A stretch of 64,000 nt of DNA from Camelus dromedarius (lineage: Eukaryota): NCBI RefSeq assembly GCF_036321535.1, contig NC_087437.1, forward strand, positions 92,568,001 through 92,632,000, in the 5' to 3' direction. Below are positions 62,232 through 64,000 of the stretch, piece after piece. The notes below the pieces were generated by a model that saw nothing but the letters and a program-made list of their open reading frames with translations, made no database searches and had not been told where the DNA came from. How positions within the stretch are numbered: position 1 is the first letter of the stretch; every line of letters starts with the position of its first letter. A program made the translations under genes and the position numbers.

Positions 62232-62360
62232 AAGTCATCTAATTATGGGCTTTAATCACATCTACAAAATACTTTCACAGCAAATCTTGATTAATACTTG
62301 ATTAAATAGGTAAAGACTGGGCTGTAGCCTACTCAAGGTAACACATAAAACTGATCATCA
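62232..62360 (-). mobile_element. ERV-L LTR (MLT2D-like), right part
   Basis: taatcacatctacaaaatactttcacagcaa...tagcctactcaaggtaacacataaaactgatcatca. Confidence 0.85.
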
Positions 62361-62468
62361 GAATCCTCTACCAGAAAATAAAAAGGTAAAAATGTTTACT
62401 GATTCAGTTTTCTGCAATAATAGTTAAGACCAAAGCTAACTACTAAAAAAGAAGACCCAGTAACACGC

Positions 62469-62918
62469 TGTGATATTTAATTTTATGTGTCAACTTGACT
62501 GGGCCATGGGATGTCCAGATATTTCATTAAAGATTATCTTTGGTGGGTCTGTGAGGGTGTTCCTTGAAGAGATTAACATCTGAATTGGTTGACTGAGTAA
62601 AGCAGATGGCCATCATCAACGTGAGTCCTGAGTAGAACAAAAAGTCAGAGTAAGGCTGAATTCACTCTCTGCCTGACTGTTGAGCTGAGACATTGGTCTT
62701 CCCCTGCCTCAGTGCTCCTGCTTCTCAAATCTCCAGGTTCCTACTGGAACCTACCCAGCAGCTCTCCAGCTCTCAGGCCCTGGCACCACACAGCTACACC
62801 ACCAACTTTCCTGGGTCTACAGCTCACAGATGGCAGATCATGGGATTTCTCAGCCTTCAAAATCATGAGGGCTAATTCATTATAATAATTATAATAATTC
62901 TCTTTCCAGGTAAGTAGG

Positions 62919-62974
<56 letters not shown>

Positions 62975-63018
62975 CTCTCCTATTGGTTCTATTTTTCTGG
63001 AGAATCCTGAGTAATACT
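62469..63018 (+). mobile_element. ERV-L solo LTR (MLT2B-like)
   Basis: tgtgatatttaattttatgtgtcaacttgactggg...tcctattggttctatttttctggagaatcctgagtaatac. Confidence 0.92.
62918..62972. repeat. (GATA)n microsatellite within the MLT2B-like LTR
   Basis: About 13 pure units. Confidence 0.97.
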
Positions 63019-63136
63019 GATCCCATACAGTATGAGTAAGCTAGATCCTTACCCAGAAATAGGAAATAGACATAAAGAAAAATAGTGAGAATGTAGCTAA
63101 AGGATGAAAAAACTCAAAACCTAAAGTATATTTACC

Positions 63137-63655
63137 AGTTGGGTGGTCAAGCCACTCAAGATGGTTATTCTCTTGTTCTTTCTACATCTCTGGCTCAGCC
63201 AGTCCCTACTTTACCTACACTCTATTTACATGAATGTGCATGCCCCCTGCCCCAGCTACTGATTGTTCTAATCCTTAAGCCAGAATGGTTCCACCTGGTT
63301 GTCAAAGGGAACCATCTGCCCTCGTGATGGTCGTCGTTAACCTGAGGGGCTGTGAGGGACGTGCCCCAGCTGCTGGTTTCCCTGATAACTAATGAGCCAA
63401 CCTAATGTCAATTTCTCCTATAAATGGTAGCCTCTTTCTCCTCTGAGTAGGAAAGATTGCTGCTGTGTTCTGCCTGCTGTACATGGGGTGGAGAGGTGGG
63501 GGTAGGGGGGGTCACTCCAGGACCTTTGGCTTCGGATGTGTAAGATCCCCTATCCAATAAAACATTGACATCTCTGTTGCTGTCTCCAGGCTTTTTCTTC
63601 AGTCTTGAGGCTGGGCAACTACAAGGCTCGCAGGTCTGCGGAGTACAGCTCAACA
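63137..63655 (+). mobile_element. ERV solo LTR with intact TATA box and poly(A) signal
   Basis: agttggg...ctcaaca ends, TATAAA 63419-63424, AATAAA 63556-63561, TSD-like ttac/ctac. Confidence 0.75.
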
Positions 63656-64000
63656 CTACTATATTTGATAAAGCAAGGAAACAATATTTCAATATATTGG
63701 TGTGTTTTTGTTCCCCATGATTTTCATTTCCTTTAACTCCTTTTTGTACAATGGCTCTCCAAATGAGAAATTTGGAAGAAAAGAAATCCACTGGAGACAG
63801 TTTCCTCTTCTCTATTTCCCATATACCAAAGTTAGTTAAAATTTGTTTTAAGGATACTAAGGAACAGGGCAGAAGAGGGAGAGAGAAAGGAGAGAAAAAG
63901 ACAGTTAAGACCTTGGTAGGACCATGGCTAACACCCTAAACCCACTCCACTGAGTTCTTAGTCAAGAAAGGGAGAAATGATAGTTTGGAGGATCTGAAAG

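Noticed and set aside
63408..63791. 127-aa minus-strand ORF
   Set aside because: Runs antisense through a solo LTR; no homology recognised.
1..64000. tRNA/rRNA/snRNA genes, NUMTs, processed pseudogenes, prokaryotic systems
   Set aside because: No recognisable signatures seen by eye; a covariance-model and BLAST search would be needed to exclude very decayed copies.

Overview
AT-rich, repeat-dense eutherian mammalian DNA (intergenic or deep intron) with no recognisable host protein-coding exon or RNA gene. The ORF track is explained by decayed LINE-1 and ERV-L frames or by chance. The young L1 3' tails (45760-45877, 62131-62226) resemble camelid-type L1 ends as I recall them, and I see no Alu, B1, Bov-tA, PRE-1 or SINEC, so a camelid-like artiodactyl is my inference. 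Main content: a near full-length ancient L1 (2160-8648) carrying a foreign ~620 bp patch; a two-LTR class III (ERV-L) provirus on the minus strand (17311-29872) with PBS, PPT, RT and dUTPase remnants, split by a stack of nested insertions; two TSD-flanked L1s that keep 5'UTR, ORF1 and only the start of ORF2 (24913-28433, 58688-62226); many MaLR/ERV solo LTRs, L2/MIR relics and hAT/Tigger MITEs; and TE-poor stretches (38.7-44.4 kb, 49.8-58.4 kb) with enhancer-like motif clusters. I cannot demonstrate a new biological system. The best leads are the RT-less L1 derivatives (possible non-autonomous families), the captured patch and the CpG-retaining putative enhancer at 55.5-56.3 kb. Subfamily names come from recalled consensus sequences, and boundaries of old elements are approximate.
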